Source of the DNA: Kiritimatiellia bacterium
Lineage (GTDB): Bacteria > Verrucomicrobiota > Kiritimatiellia > RFP12 > UBA1067
NCBI GenBank assembly: GCA_041673345.1
Contig: JBAYXX010000006.1
Span: 5,357-69,356, forward strand
DNA: 64,000 bases
Reading direction: 5' to 3'
The first letter of the stretch is position 1; each line of letters opens with the position of its first letter. A model generated the notes under the pieces. That model was not told the DNA's origin. It did not search any database and was given only the letters and a program-made list of their open reading frames with translations. Below, piece after piece: positions 37,758-47,537 of the stretch. The position numbers were made by a program, and so were the translations under genes.

Positions 37758-39017
37758 ATGAAAGCAAATACTATCGCACTAACACTGACCCTTCTGAGCG
37801 CATCCGCTCTCTATCTCGACGCGGCACCAACGCCCGGCAAACCCACTTACATCATCCAGGAGCTGGATAACTCTGCGGGAACATTCACAACCTACGGCGG
37901 TTTGACCAAGAATGGCGATGTTCTTTACTACGGCAACTATGACACAGTGAGGCAGTATGACCTGGCAGGGGCGACCAACTCGGTTTACGCAACCACAGTG
38001 GGCAATGCCGACACTAAAGGGCTGGCTAAGATTGGTTCAACCCTGTATATGGCGTTGGACACATCCTATAATGCTCCCTATCCCTCAAGTCTCGGCACAG
38101 TTGACCCAGCCACTGGTTTCACTGCAACTCTGGTGAGCGGTAAAGAGCAGGGTGAGACAACCTACTCGATCTATGACGCAACGCTCAACAACGGCGAGTA
38201 TTATTTTGTCGCGGCCCCTGGAACCATTAACACTAACAGTCAGTCGGGTGCAACTGGCACCCGCATCTATCGCTATAATAACGCTGATCCGAGTGCTCCG
38301 GTTGAAATCGCCAACATCGGCGGCTCCTCCGGCGGCATTGCCTTCGACACTGCGGGCAACCTTTACTATGCGTCGCAGAACTGGGGTCAAGGCATCCTGA
38401 GATTTAATGCCGTAAATGTCGCGCGCGGTGGGCTGACCGCAGCCGACGGCGCAACTGTGGCGGATGTTACCGCAGGTTATCTTGGATTTTTGCCTGACGG
38501 CCATTTGGTCGCCACAACCGGCTGGGGTGTCAGCTTGGATGTTTTCGATATCAACACTGGTGCCAAGCGCAGAACAATTGCCACTGTTCCATCCGACTGG
38601 TCTGAATCAATTGGCAAATTTGTGGTCGATGGCACCACGCTCTATGTCGCCCATACCGACTGGAACGCGTATACTGGCAATCTCTATGCGATTAACCTTA
38701 TTGAGCCCGCAGGCTATGCGAGTTGGGTCACGGACAATTTTCCCGTCACCTACCCCGGTGATGACGTTGACAGCGATGGCGATGGCTCCGCCAACTACGC
38801 TGAGTTCGTGGCCGGTACATCGCCAACCGACAAATTGGATGTGTTCACCATAAATATCGAGATGACCGATGACCTGCCAACCCTGAGCTGGACTCCCGAC
38901 AAAGTTGCTGGCCGCAGCTACACGCTGCAAGGGCGCGAATCTCTTGCAGCCGGAGGCTGGGGCGCTACGAATGCCAACTCGCGCTTTTTCCGAGTTAAGG
39001 TCCAGTTGAGTCAGTAA
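37758..39017 (+). CDS. Secreted beta-propeller-like protein (NHL/SGL-type repeats) with a Ca-binding D-x-D-G-D-G motif and a C-terminal FxRxxV module
   Basis: Signal peptide MKANTIALTLTLLSASALYLDA. Repeats such as GIAFDTAGNLYYASQNWGQGILRF. C-terminus DVDSDGDGSANYAEFVAGTSP...SRFFRVKVQL. First gene after the B12 riboswitch. Confidence 0.7.
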   Translation: MKANTIALTLTLLSASALYLDAAPTPGKPTYIIQELDNSAGTFTTYGGLTKNGDVLYYGNYDTVRQYDLAGATNSVYATTVGNADTKGLAKIGSTLYMALDTSYNAPYPSSLGTVDPATGFTATLVSGKEQGETTYSIYDATLNNGEYYFVAAPGTINTNSQSGATGTRIYRYNNADPSAPVEIANIGGSSGGIAFDTAGNLYYASQNWGQGILRFNAVNVARGGLTAADGATVADVTAGYLGFLPDGHLVATTGWGVSLDVFDINTGAKRRTIATVPSDWSESIGKFVVDGTTLYVAHTDWNAYTGNLYAINLIEPAGYASWVTDNFPVTYPGDDVDSDGDGSANYAEFVAGTSPTDKLDVFTINIEMTDDLPTLSWTPDKVAGRSYTLQGRESLAAGGWGATNANSRFFRVKVQLSQ

Positions 39018-39042
39018 CAGAGTCAGGGGCGGTAAGCAATTA

Positions 39043-39083
39043 ACCAGGTCACTAAGTCACCAGGTCACCGAGTCACCAGGTCA
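39043..39083 (+). repeat. 8-nt tandem tract (GTCACNNN, about 5 units)
   Basis: accaggtcactaagtcaccaggtcaccgagtcaccaggtca. Ends 24 nt before the receptor ATG. Confidence 0.9.
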
Positions 39084-39107
39084 AAAAAACAGCTTACCGC
39101 CAAGCCC

Positions 39108-41163
39108 ATGAGAAAAACTACGAAAATGCGAATAAAAACAAAGATACTGGCGACCACTGCCTTCGCTTTACTCGCGCTAACAACTGCTCGGTATTGCGCC
39201 GCGCAGAGCAATATCGTGGTGGTGGTCACCGCCTCGCGCCTTGACTCGCTGGCCCAGGATGTGATGCAGGTGGCTGGCGATGTCTCCGTGATCAACCGCG
39301 AGGGCATCGAACGCTCGCGCGCCCACAGTGTCCCTGAACTGCTGCGTTCGCATGGCAATGTTGTTATGCGCTCATCGACCGGCAAAGGCAACACCGGCGA
39401 GCTTGCCATGCGGGGGTTTGGTGAGAACAGCGGCCTCAGAGTGCTGGTGGTTGTTGACGGGCAGACCATGAATCGCTCGGATATGGGGGTCCAGGATTGG
39501 CAGCAGATCCCCCTTGATGAGATTGAAAATATTGAAATCCTGCGAGGCGGTCAGAGCGTGCTCTATGGCAACCACGCCCTCTCCGGTGTGATCAAGATTA
39601 CCACAAAAAAAAGGGGGCGAGGATCGTACCAAGCTCAAGGCCTCAGCTGGCAGCTATGGCTTTCAAGAGTATGGGGCTACCCATCAGGGTTCAATCGACG
39701 CTCTCAGCTACGATGCCGGCCTCAGCTACCAGCGCGATGAAGGCTATCGTAAGAACTCACTCTCCTGGAGCAAGAACGCCAACGCCAGCCTGAGTTATGA
39801 TATCACCGGCGAAGATACCCTGACCTTTCGTTTCTCCGGTGGCGAAAATTACTACCAGCTGCCCGGACCGCTGACCTACGAGCAATACAAGAAAAGTCCC
39901 AAGAAATCAAGCAACCGAGGCGACCAGGATGCGCACACTGATAGCGGCTTGATTACCTCGCTCTACGAAGCGGAGCGCGACTGGGGCAAGATGCAGCTCA
40001 ACGCTGGTCTTAACATGCGCAACATCGACTGGGAGATGAGCGGCATGCACGGCTGGAACCAGCAGCGGGGATACTCCCTCTCGCCCAAAATTATGTATGG
40101 CGATGAGGACGACTATTCAATTAGCGGCGGGATTGACCTGCTCTACGACACGCTGGATTTCACAGGCCAGAACAATGTGAAGATTAACTATGCTGAACTC
40201 AATCGTCTGACCACCGGTCCATTTCTGCTGGCCAAGAAAAAGTTCTTTGATGCCCTCACATTCAGCGCTGGGGCGCGCTATGAGCGGGCGCGCACAGATG
40301 GCAAAAACCTGCAATACAACAAGGCGGATATGATCGAAGTGCTTGAACCGCCCTATCCCTGGTTAGATCCCATCCCCAATCCCGACTACCCAGCTCAGCC
40401 AATTAAAGAGGCCTCCTTTGATGACTCGTTTTATAAAGAGGGGTGGTCGTACGAGGCTGCCATACTGTGGGAGGTAACCGAGAACTTCAGCCTCTGGTGT
40501 CGCTACAACCGGGTCTACCGCTACCCAGCTCTTGACGAAAGCGCCTCCTACCAGGGCTATCCCCTCGAACACCCTCTCAATGCTGGCCTTGAGCCTGAGA
40601 CCGGCGATAATTTCGAGGTTGGCGGCAAGCTGCGCTGTGGCTCTTGGAGCGGTTCGGCCACGCTCTTCTATCTGATGATGGATGATGAGATCTCCTATGA
40701 TGATCAAAAAAAATTGAACACCAACATTGGCGAGACCGAGCGGCTTGGCTCAGATCTGCAACTCGCGTTTGAACGTGATATCTATGGCGCATCCTGTATG
40801 ACCGAGCTGGTTGCCGCGAAATTCCGCGATGGGGCTAACAAAGGCGAGCATGTGCCGCTGGTCCCTGATGCGCATGGGGTTGTCACGCTCTGGGTGGAGC
40901 CGCTTGCGGATTTTCGCTTAACTGGCAACTATACCTGGGTTGTAACCCAGTATCAGGGTGGTGACTTTAGTAACAAAATGCGCAAAATTGATGGGTATGG
41001 ACTCTTCGGAGTGCGCGCTGACCTGACTTTGATGGATCATCTCGGGCTCTTTGTAAAGGTCGATAACCTGCTTGACCAAGCTTACGCCAGCTCCGCCTAC
41101 ACTGGTGCCTGGTATCCCGGCATGGGGCGCGCACTCTATGGCGGCCTGACCTTGGAGTTTTAA
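39108..41163 (+). pseudogene. TonB-dependent outer-membrane receptor (BtuB-like by context), reading frame broken by one extra base in an A8G5 run
   Basis: Track ORFs 39108-39740 (signal, TonB box [10 protein letters not shown], plug domain) and 39949-41163 (barrel, terminal GGLTLEF) form one protein if one nt is skipped at 39605-39617. The +1 frame then reads [48 protein letters not shown] straight into the second ORF. Confidence 0.85.
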
Positions 41164-41670
41164 TGGCGCGGAGTGAAGAAGTGCGCGAGTGCGTAAGTGC
41201 GATAGTGCGCGAATGAAAAGGTCGCGCCGTTGGCGTGGGGCAAAGTAGGTCCGATTTCCAATCGGACATCTCCGGTTGGAAACCGGAGCTATAGAAGTCG
41301 CCTTCGCCTTCGGTTTACGATAGCGGCGACGATGCTGGTTGACGAGCCCCCGCACGATCCCAATCGTCCAGCAACATCGTCGCACAGCATCGTCGGCGTG
41401 TTATGATTTAGTTCGTGAAAGGCGCGCCCTGAGGTGTAGGGTTGCTTCTACGAAGCAATTTGAGGGTGCCGGGCGGCTGTTCGTCAAAGGCGCGCCAAGG
41501 GATTTCATAATCTTTGCTTGGCTCATAGAGCCAACCCTACAGTTTCAACTTGGATGAAGCTTGCAGGTAGTGCGACAGGCGCAAATGCGCCAAAGGCTAC
41601 AGGCAATAACTCGACAGACAACTTTTTGGAAAGAACAATTAATAGATGTAAAAAAAGAATAGGAGCAACA
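41164..41670. repeat. Mosaic intergenic repeat block R9 (reverse-oriented copy of R6)
   Basis: 8-nt tract NAGTGCGN x4 (41171-41215), module C (41236-41285), module A reversed (41290-41400), module B (41415-41550), and gacaactttttggaaagaacaattaat (41618-41645). Confidence 0.9.
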
Positions 41671-43404
41671 ATGAAATTTTTTATATTGCTGACCTTTATG
41701 TGGGCGATATCGCTTTCAGCTGCTCAGCTGCCAGCACCGGGCACAGCAGGCTTGCCAATTCCATTTGCCAAAGCCGCAGGGCAGGCTGGCAGCACTGCGA
41801 TCCACATGAACTCACCGCGCTTTGTCGGCTGGGCTGATGGTTATATTGATCTCTCGTATGGCAGCTCTGTGGCCCCTGTGTGGAAAACCCCGGCCAAGGC
41901 GTTGGGCAAAGCTAAGGGCACAACCACCGATATCGTCTGCCTTGGGAGCGGAGGGCGCATTACTCTGACCTTTTCAACCCCGATTGCCAATGGAGCGGGG
42001 TTTGATTTCGCTGTTTTCGAAAACGCCTTTGACGACAACTTTCTGGAGCTAGCCTGGGTAGAGGTTTCCTCTGATGGGATTCATTTCTGCCGTTTCCCAA
42101 ACTATTACGTTGGCAAACTTCCAGTTGGCGGCGGCAGTGGTCATGATCCGAGAGATATCTACGGCCTCGCGTCAAAATACAAACAGGGGTATGGCACTCC
42201 GTTTGATCTGCAGGAGCTGCGGGACGCTTACGACACGATTCTCAGTAAAAAAGCCAATTTTCTCAGCAAAGCGTATCAAAAATCCATCACCGATAATTTC
42301 CCTTATCTTGACCTAAATAATATCGGCTATGTTAGAATAATCGATATTATCGGTGATGGTAGCGCTATTGATGCCACTGGGCTCAGACCAATTTATGATC
42401 CATACCCCACCACTGGCAGCGCCGGGTTTGATCTGGACGCAATAGGGGTCATCAATCAGCGTCAGACTCCTAATCTCCTATCGCAGCAGATCACCTTCGC
42501 ACCGCTCCCGCACCAGCGACTTGACACTGGCTCTATCAACCTGAGCGCCACCAGTAGCAGCGGCTTGCCAGTTGCATTTACGGTTACGGAGGGGCCGGCC
42601 TTGCTTACGGGTGCCGCCCTCGCTTTCACTGGCAGCGGTAGTGTGGTTGTGACCGCATCCCAGCCCGGCGACGCGAGCTACGCCCCGGCAGCCAATGTTG
42701 TCCACTCGTTTGTGATTGCGGAGCACACGCAGCATATCTACCTCGCACCTGTCCCTAATTTACTGGCAAACCCGACCTTCCAGTTGTATGCTGCCAGTAG
42801 CCGTGGTCTACCTGTCAGTGTCGAGGTTTTTGATGGTGCCGCTGATGACAGGACTAACAATTATAACCGACTGACAGTCAGCAGCACTGGTTTCGGCAGC
42901 TCCGGTGTCAAGATAGTCACACTGCGGGCCTTTCAAAATGGTGACGCAATAACAGCGCCCGCTGAAGATGTATTTATGCAGGTCAAGGTTATCAATTCAC
43001 GCTCAGCTGATGCGCCTCAGAGCTTTGCTGCCTGGTGCGATGTTCATCAGATTGCGGTCAATCGTACGGCGGATAACGATGGTGATGGCTTCAACAACTT
43101 TGATGAGTTCATGGCTGGCACCAGCCCAGTGCGCCAGGAGGAAAAACCGGATATTGTTTTCACTGTCGAGCCAAGTGCGCCGGAGCAGCGGCGGGCATTG
43201 GTCAAGCTGCGCATTTGCCGCAGGGCAACCGCCACATTGAAATTTCAGCACTGCGAGAGCCTGAATGAGGGGTGGCATGAGGTTATACCGAACATCAAAG
43301 CGTTGACCTATGCGGAGGAGTCAGGCACAGAGTACGTCGAACTTGAGCTGGAGCTAAACGCCGATGCCTCCGCTGGTTTTTATCGGGCATTATATGTGGA
43401 GTAG
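41671..43404 (+). CDS. Secreted hypothetical protein with two Ig-like repeats, a D-N-D-G-D-G Ca-binding motif and a C-terminal FYRALYV module
   Basis: Start set at ATG 41671 (MKFFILLTFMWAISLSAAQ signal, aggag SD), because the 51 upstream track codons lie in repeat R9. Internal repeats ..GLPVAFTVTEGPA.. and ..GLPVSVEVFDGAA... C-terminus NDGDGFNNFDEFMAGTSP. Confidence 0.7.
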   Translation: MKFFILLTFMWAISLSAAQLPAPGTAGLPIPFAKAAGQAGSTAIHMNSPRFVGWADGYIDLSYGSSVAPVWKTPAKALGKAKGTTTDIVCLGSGGRITLTFSTPIANGAGFDFAVFENAFDDNFLELAWVEVSSDGIHFCRFPNYYVGKLPVGGGSGHDPRDIYGLASKYKQGYGTPFDLQELRDAYDTILSKKANFLSKAYQKSITDNFPYLDLNNIGYVRIIDIIGDGSAIDATGLRPIYDPYPTTGSAGFDLDAIGVINQRQTPNLLSQQITFAPLPHQRLDTGSINLSATSSSGLPVAFTVTEGPALLTGAALAFTGSGSVVVTASQPGDASYAPAANVVHSFVIAEHTQHIYLAPVPNLLANPTFQLYAASSRGLPVSVEVFDGAADDRTNNYNRLTVSSTGFGSSGVKIVTLRAFQNGDAITAPAEDVFMQVKVINSRSADAPQSFAAWCDVHQIAVNRTADNDGDGFNNFDEFMAGTSPVRQEEKPDIVFTVEPSAPEQRRALVKLRICRRATATLKFQHCESLNEGWHEVIPNIKALTYAEESGTEYVELELELNADASAGFYRALYVE

Positions 43405-43630
43405 GATTGTCTGTTGTAGCTTGACTAGTATTTTATGATTTAGTTTGTGAAGAGTGCGCCCTGGGAGCTGGATTGCAACGTAAATGCGACAAACGTCATT
43501 ATGCTTGACAACCTTTTTAAGATCAATGTACAGGGTTTATAGAAATAATATTGCTCTGCGTACTCTACCGGCTCTGCGAGGGCAAATTCAGCTGTTCAAT
43601 TTTTCTGATTAACTCTATAATGTGCGCTAA

Positions 43631-45076
43631 ATGAGTGAAGAAAAAAATATAAAGTCAAGAGTAGTGGCAATTGTCGGGCGCCCGAACGTTGGCAAATCGG
43701 CGATTTTTAACCGGATTGCAGGTAAGCGGATTGCTATTGTACATGATGAGAGCGGTGTGACCCGCGACCGTCTGATGCAGGAGGTCAGCTGGAGTGATCA
43801 GCGATTTTCGCTGATCGACACCGGTGGCGTGGCGCTGCGCGACGGCGAGAGCCAGCGCGACAAGATTGAATCGGGTATCCGCACGCAGGTCGACATTGCA
43901 CTGGGTGATGCTGCAGCTGTGATCCTTGTAGTGGATGTGCAGCAGGGGGTGCATTCGCTGGATGAGGAGGTGGCCGACATTGTCCGCAAGCGCGGGGTTC
44001 CCTGCGTGGTGGCGGTCAATAAATGCGATCTGCCTGAGCATGATGATGGCGCTGAGGAGTTCGCCCGTTTAGGATTCGCCTACTTTCCGGTGGCAGCGCA
44101 GCACAACCGCGGCATGGGCGATCTGATGAGCGAAATTCTACCGTTACTGCCACAGGTTGAGAATGAGACCGAGACGATCCCTTTGAAGGTCGCAGTGGTC
44201 GGCCGCCCCAATGCCGGCAAATCCTCCTATATCAACCGTTTGCTGCGCAATGAGCGCGTGATTGTCTCAGATGTCGCCGGCACTACTCGGGATTCAATTG
44301 AGGTGCCTTTCACGATCGGCAAGGGGGGCCAGGCGCGCCATTACACCTTTGTTGACACAGCTGGGATGCGCAACCGACACAAAGTGGATAGCTCAGTTGA
44401 GCGTTTCAGCCTTTTCCGGGCTGAGAAGAGTGTTGAGGAGGCGGATGTAGTGGTGCTGGTGATGGACCCTGATTTCGGTCCGACCAGTCGTGACAAGCAT
44501 ATTGCATCGCTGATTCAGAAGCATGAGAAAGGCTGCCTGATCATCATGAATAAATGGGATCTGGCCGACGCAAAAGGGATCACGCAGACCCAGGCTGAGC
44601 CAGCGATCCGCCAGATGATGAGCTTCATGGATCACTGTCCGATTGTGTTCACATCCACGGTCAGTGGTCTGAATGTGCGCAAGAGCATTGAGGTGATTGA
44701 CATTGTATCCGCCAACATCCGGGTGGAGCTGCCGACAGGTATGCTCAACCGCACTATCAAAGAGGCGATGGCACGTGTGAGCGCTCCCCGCCGCGGCGGT
44801 AAGGGGCTCAAGGTTTACTATGCGGTGCAGGTGGGAAAAGCACCGATTAGAATTCGTCTCTTTGTGAACAACAAGAAGTTGATGCCCAAGCAGTATCAGG
44901 ATTTTTTGATTCGCTCACTACGCGAACGCTTTGGTCTGGAAGGGGCACCGGTGATCCTGCTGCTCAAAGAGCGCGCGCGACCTGATCTACATGAGCGCTT
45001 GCGCGACAAAGCCGCTCAAGCTCAAATCGACATGAAAGATGAGATCCCGCCAGAGTATCTGGACGACGGAGATTGA
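43631..45076 (+). CDS. der: Ribosome-biogenesis GTPase Der (EngA)
   Basis: Two G domains (GRPNVGKS twice, DTGG/DTAG, NKCD/NKWD) and a KH-like domain, with an extended charged C-terminal tail. Confidence 0.92.
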   Translation: MSEEKNIKSRVVAIVGRPNVGKSAIFNRIAGKRIAIVHDESGVTRDRLMQEVSWSDQRFSLIDTGGVALRDGESQRDKIESGIRTQVDIALGDAAAVILVVDVQQGVHSLDEEVADIVRKRGVPCVVAVNKCDLPEHDDGAEEFARLGFAYFPVAAQHNRGMGDLMSEILPLLPQVENETETIPLKVAVVGRPNAGKSSYINRLLRNERVIVSDVAGTTRDSIEVPFTIGKGGQARHYTFVDTAGMRNRHKVDSSVERFSLFRAEKSVEEADVVVLVMDPDFGPTSRDKHIASLIQKHEKGCLIIMNKWDLADAKGITQTQAEPAIRQMMSFMDHCPIVFTSTVSGLNVRKSIEVIDIVSANIRVELPTGMLNRTIKEAMARVSAPRRGGKGLKVYYAVQVGKAPIRIRLFVNNKKLMPKQYQDFLIRSLRERFGLEGAPVILLLKERARPDLHERLRDKAAQAQIDMKDEIPPEYLDDGD

Positions 45077-45293
45077 TAAGTTCAGAGCCCGCTGCTTTAG
45101 TAACAAACGTTACGCGTTTGGGAAAATGCCTTTAAATGCCACTTTAATCTCTTTCAATCAACAACTTATGACGACGACTGTCTGAACTTCTTGTTTTTTA
45201 CGACAGGAGTTGAGAGAATAGCAACTAAAGTTCAAGAGTTTTAAAGCGGCTTTCCGATTCCCTTATCGCCCTGTTTGGTTTATAGTGATCTAC
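45077..45293. repeat. Mosaic intergenic repeat block R10
   Basis: 45080-45120 is the reverse of ccaaacgc.tagcgtttgttactaaagcagcgggctc. 45155-45230 is the reverse of 5619-5692. Confidence 0.85.
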
Positions 45294-46457
45294 ATGAATC
45301 GGATTGCATACAATGCGATGGTGCTCAAGGAACCTTACTCTGGAGTGGAGGTGACAGTGCATCAATTAGCTGCGGCGCTGGCGGAGTTTGGCACTCTGCC
45401 GATGGATTTCTATTTACCCGAAAATCATCGCTCAATCCCGGAATCTCCGCACATTACGCTGCGCCGCTCCGCAGCTGGTGCGCACTCCCGCCTTATGCGC
45501 ATTATGTGGGAGCAACTTGTACTGCCGTTTAAATTGGCGCACAGCGGTGCCCAGCTGCTGCATGCCCCCGCTTATGTCGCGCCAGTGGCAGCGCCCTGTC
45601 CGGTTGTACTGACAGTGCATGACCTACATGTGATAACCCACCCGCAGTTTTGCACAGCAAGTAATCGTTTGCATTACAGCCTGATGATCCCGCCTTCCAT
45701 CCGCAAAGCCGCCGCAGTCATCGCTTTCTCGGACTACACAAAAAGCATCATCCAAAAGCGCTTCCCTGATGCCGCGAAAAAGATAACAGTCATTCCGCCC
45801 GGGATCTCCCCGCTCTTCAAACGTCACACGCAATCTGCGGATAGCGAGCGAGTTCGCCATAAATATAGACTTCCCGCCTCGTTTCTGCTGTTTGTCGGTG
45901 ATCTTACCGAGCGCAAAAACATTCAGGGTGTAATCAGCGCTTTTGGAATAGTGCAGACCAAGAGGCCGAATCTACACCTGATCCTAGCCGGTGCCGTTGA
46001 CCGTAAAACTGCGACCACGCTCGACACCCAGATCCGCCAATATGGTTTGGCGCAGCGGATCAGCCGCATTGGATATGTTGAGACGCGCGAGCTGCCGTTT
46101 TTATACTCCATGGCACAGGTCTTTGTTTTCCCCTCCCATGATGAGGGCTTTGGAGTGCCACCACTGGAGGCGATGGCTTGCGGCTGCCCGGTGGTCTGCT
46201 CAGGCGGGGCCCCTGTGGAGATCTGCGGCGAGGCGGTTGTGGCCTGTGAGCCGCACGACCTTTCATCCATAGCCAACGCTGTTACCCTGCTACTGGACCA
46301 ACCGCAGTTTCGGCAGGGAAAGATTGACGCGGGATATAAGAGGGCTGCTGAATTCACCTGGCAGCGGGCCGCCCTGCGGGTTGAGGCAGTCTATCGAGCG
46401 GTTCTAGCTAAATCCCGTTCGGAAAGCCTTTCGAACGGCAGGCATTTAGGCAGTTAG
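45294..46457 (+). CDS. Glycosyltransferase family 4 (GT-B fold)
   Basis: FVFPSHDEGFGVPPLEAMACGCPVVCS. ATG 45294 lies just inside the track GTG start. Confidence 0.85.
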   Translation: MNRIAYNAMVLKEPYSGVEVTVHQLAAALAEFGTLPMDFYLPENHRSIPESPHITLRRSAAGAHSRLMRIMWEQLVLPFKLAHSGAQLLHAPAYVAPVAAPCPVVLTVHDLHVITHPQFCTASNRLHYSLMIPPSIRKAAAVIAFSDYTKSIIQKRFPDAAKKITVIPPGISPLFKRHTQSADSERVRHKYRLPASFLLFVGDLTERKNIQGVISAFGIVQTKRPNLHLILAGAVDRKTATTLDTQIRQYGLAQRISRIGYVETRELPFLYSMAQVFVFPSHDEGFGVPPLEAMACGCPVVCSGGAPVEICGEAVVACEPHDLSSIANAVTLLLDQPQFRQGKIDAGYKRAAEFTWQRAALRVEAVYRAVLAKSRSESLSNGRHLGS

Positions 46458-46595
46458 GTGTTTAGATTTGTACAATCAGCGAAAAAAGTGAGAAACAGGG
46501 AAAAAGTTTAAAGAGCTGTCGGATCAACTTAAACTTGCCAATTCTGCCATCTTGGAAATAAGTTCAATGCGTACTGATAACGAGTAAGCCTTAAA

Positions 46596-47537
46596 TTAAG
46601 GCCTAGTGCCCTGTTTCGCTAAGGACACTGTTTTTCTATCAGTCAGACCGTTCGTTTTCCGCCAGTCACTCGGTGCATATCCAGTTCGGCACTTAAAAAA
46701 TCTAGTAAAATAGAAGACCGAGGAAAATCCCGTTTCCGAGGCAATCTGAGTGATTGTCATCTCGGTCTGCTGTAATAATCCCTTGGCCCGATTGACTCTG
46801 ATTTCAAGAACATAGGCATGCGGCGCATAGCCGGTCTCTTCCTTAAACGCTTTTCGGAATGCGGAATATCCCATTCCAACCACATCGCAAATGTGTTGTG
46901 GCTCAATGTCTTCTGAAGCATGCTCCGACAACCAGCTACGGGCAAGGGCAATTTTCGACAGAGTGACCTGTTCTCTGATCGGAGCCATTTTACTGACAAA
47001 AACTACCAAACGGGATATGAGGGCGATAATATCCGAAGCCAGAAGCGGTGCGGCATTAGCGGAAACCTCTTTATACCTTTTGATAATGCTCTGCATAAGC
47101 CGATTGATCTCCGGCGTTGCAGCACCCCGCAACACTGGCGAGAACGGCAAAAAAAATGTCTGCATCAAATGTTTGGCATAGTCTCCGTCAAAGCCCACCC
47201 AGCACTCATTCCAACCACAAGCGTAGTCGGGCCTAAACCGGTGCCACTCACCCGGAAATAAAACAAATATATCGCCCGCTTCCAACTCCAGAAGTCCGGC
47301 CGAAGCGGTTTCAATCGCACCACGCCCCTGTGTTACAGCTAAAAATTGATACTCTGAAAAAATACGCCCCCTCTCCCATGTAAACAGGTAGGAGTCCGGG
47401 TGATGTTGAGGCGGATAATCTGTCCGTGGAGGAATCACAGTATATCCCACATTAATTGCCCGCACCCCCCAGACCCGCGCATTCTTGTCAGGCGGGTGAT
47501 AAAGTGCAAGGTGGCGTCTAAATCTCAACTTCTTCAT
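46596..47537 (-). CDS. AraC-family transcriptional regulator (cupin sensor plus HTH)
   Basis: C-terminal ITQIASETGFSSVFYFTRFFKCRTGYAPSDWR. I prefer the internal ATG 47537 (MKKLRFRRH). Divergent from the 1306-aa protein gene. Confidence 0.85.
   Translation of the reverse strand: MKKLRFRRHLALYHPPDKNARVWGVRAINVGYTVIPPRTDYPPQHHPDSYLFTWERGRIFSEYQFLAVTQGRGAIETASAGLLELEAGDIFVLFPGEWHRFRPDYACGWNECWVGFDGDYAKHLMQTFFLPFSPVLRGAATPEINRLMQSIIKRYKEVSANAAPLLASDIIALISRLVVFVSKMAPIREQVTLSKIALARSWLSEHASEDIEPQHICDVVGMGYSAFRKAFKEETGYAPHAYVLEIRVNRAKGLLQQTEMTITQIASETGFSSVFYFTRFFKCRTGYAPSDWRKTNGLTDRKTVSLAKQGTRP

Noticed and set aside
39605-39617. Programmed +1 ribosomal frameshift in the TonB-dependent receptor.
   Set aside because: There is no recognisable stimulatory context (no rare or stop codon at the shift site, and no SD-like stimulator upstream or pseudoknot downstream). 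A homopolymer indel, from sequencing error, mutation or phase variation, is the simpler explanation. See the finding for how to distinguish these.
41518-41670. N-terminal extensions of track ORFs: 41518 for the secreted protein, 5656 for dapB, 22938 for the beta-CASP RNase, 25647 for fcl, 6881 for dapA, and 47576 for the AraC gene.
   Set aside because: The extensions run into dispersed repeats or the upstream gene. Internal ATG or GTG codons with SD sequences give canonical N-termini or signal peptides.
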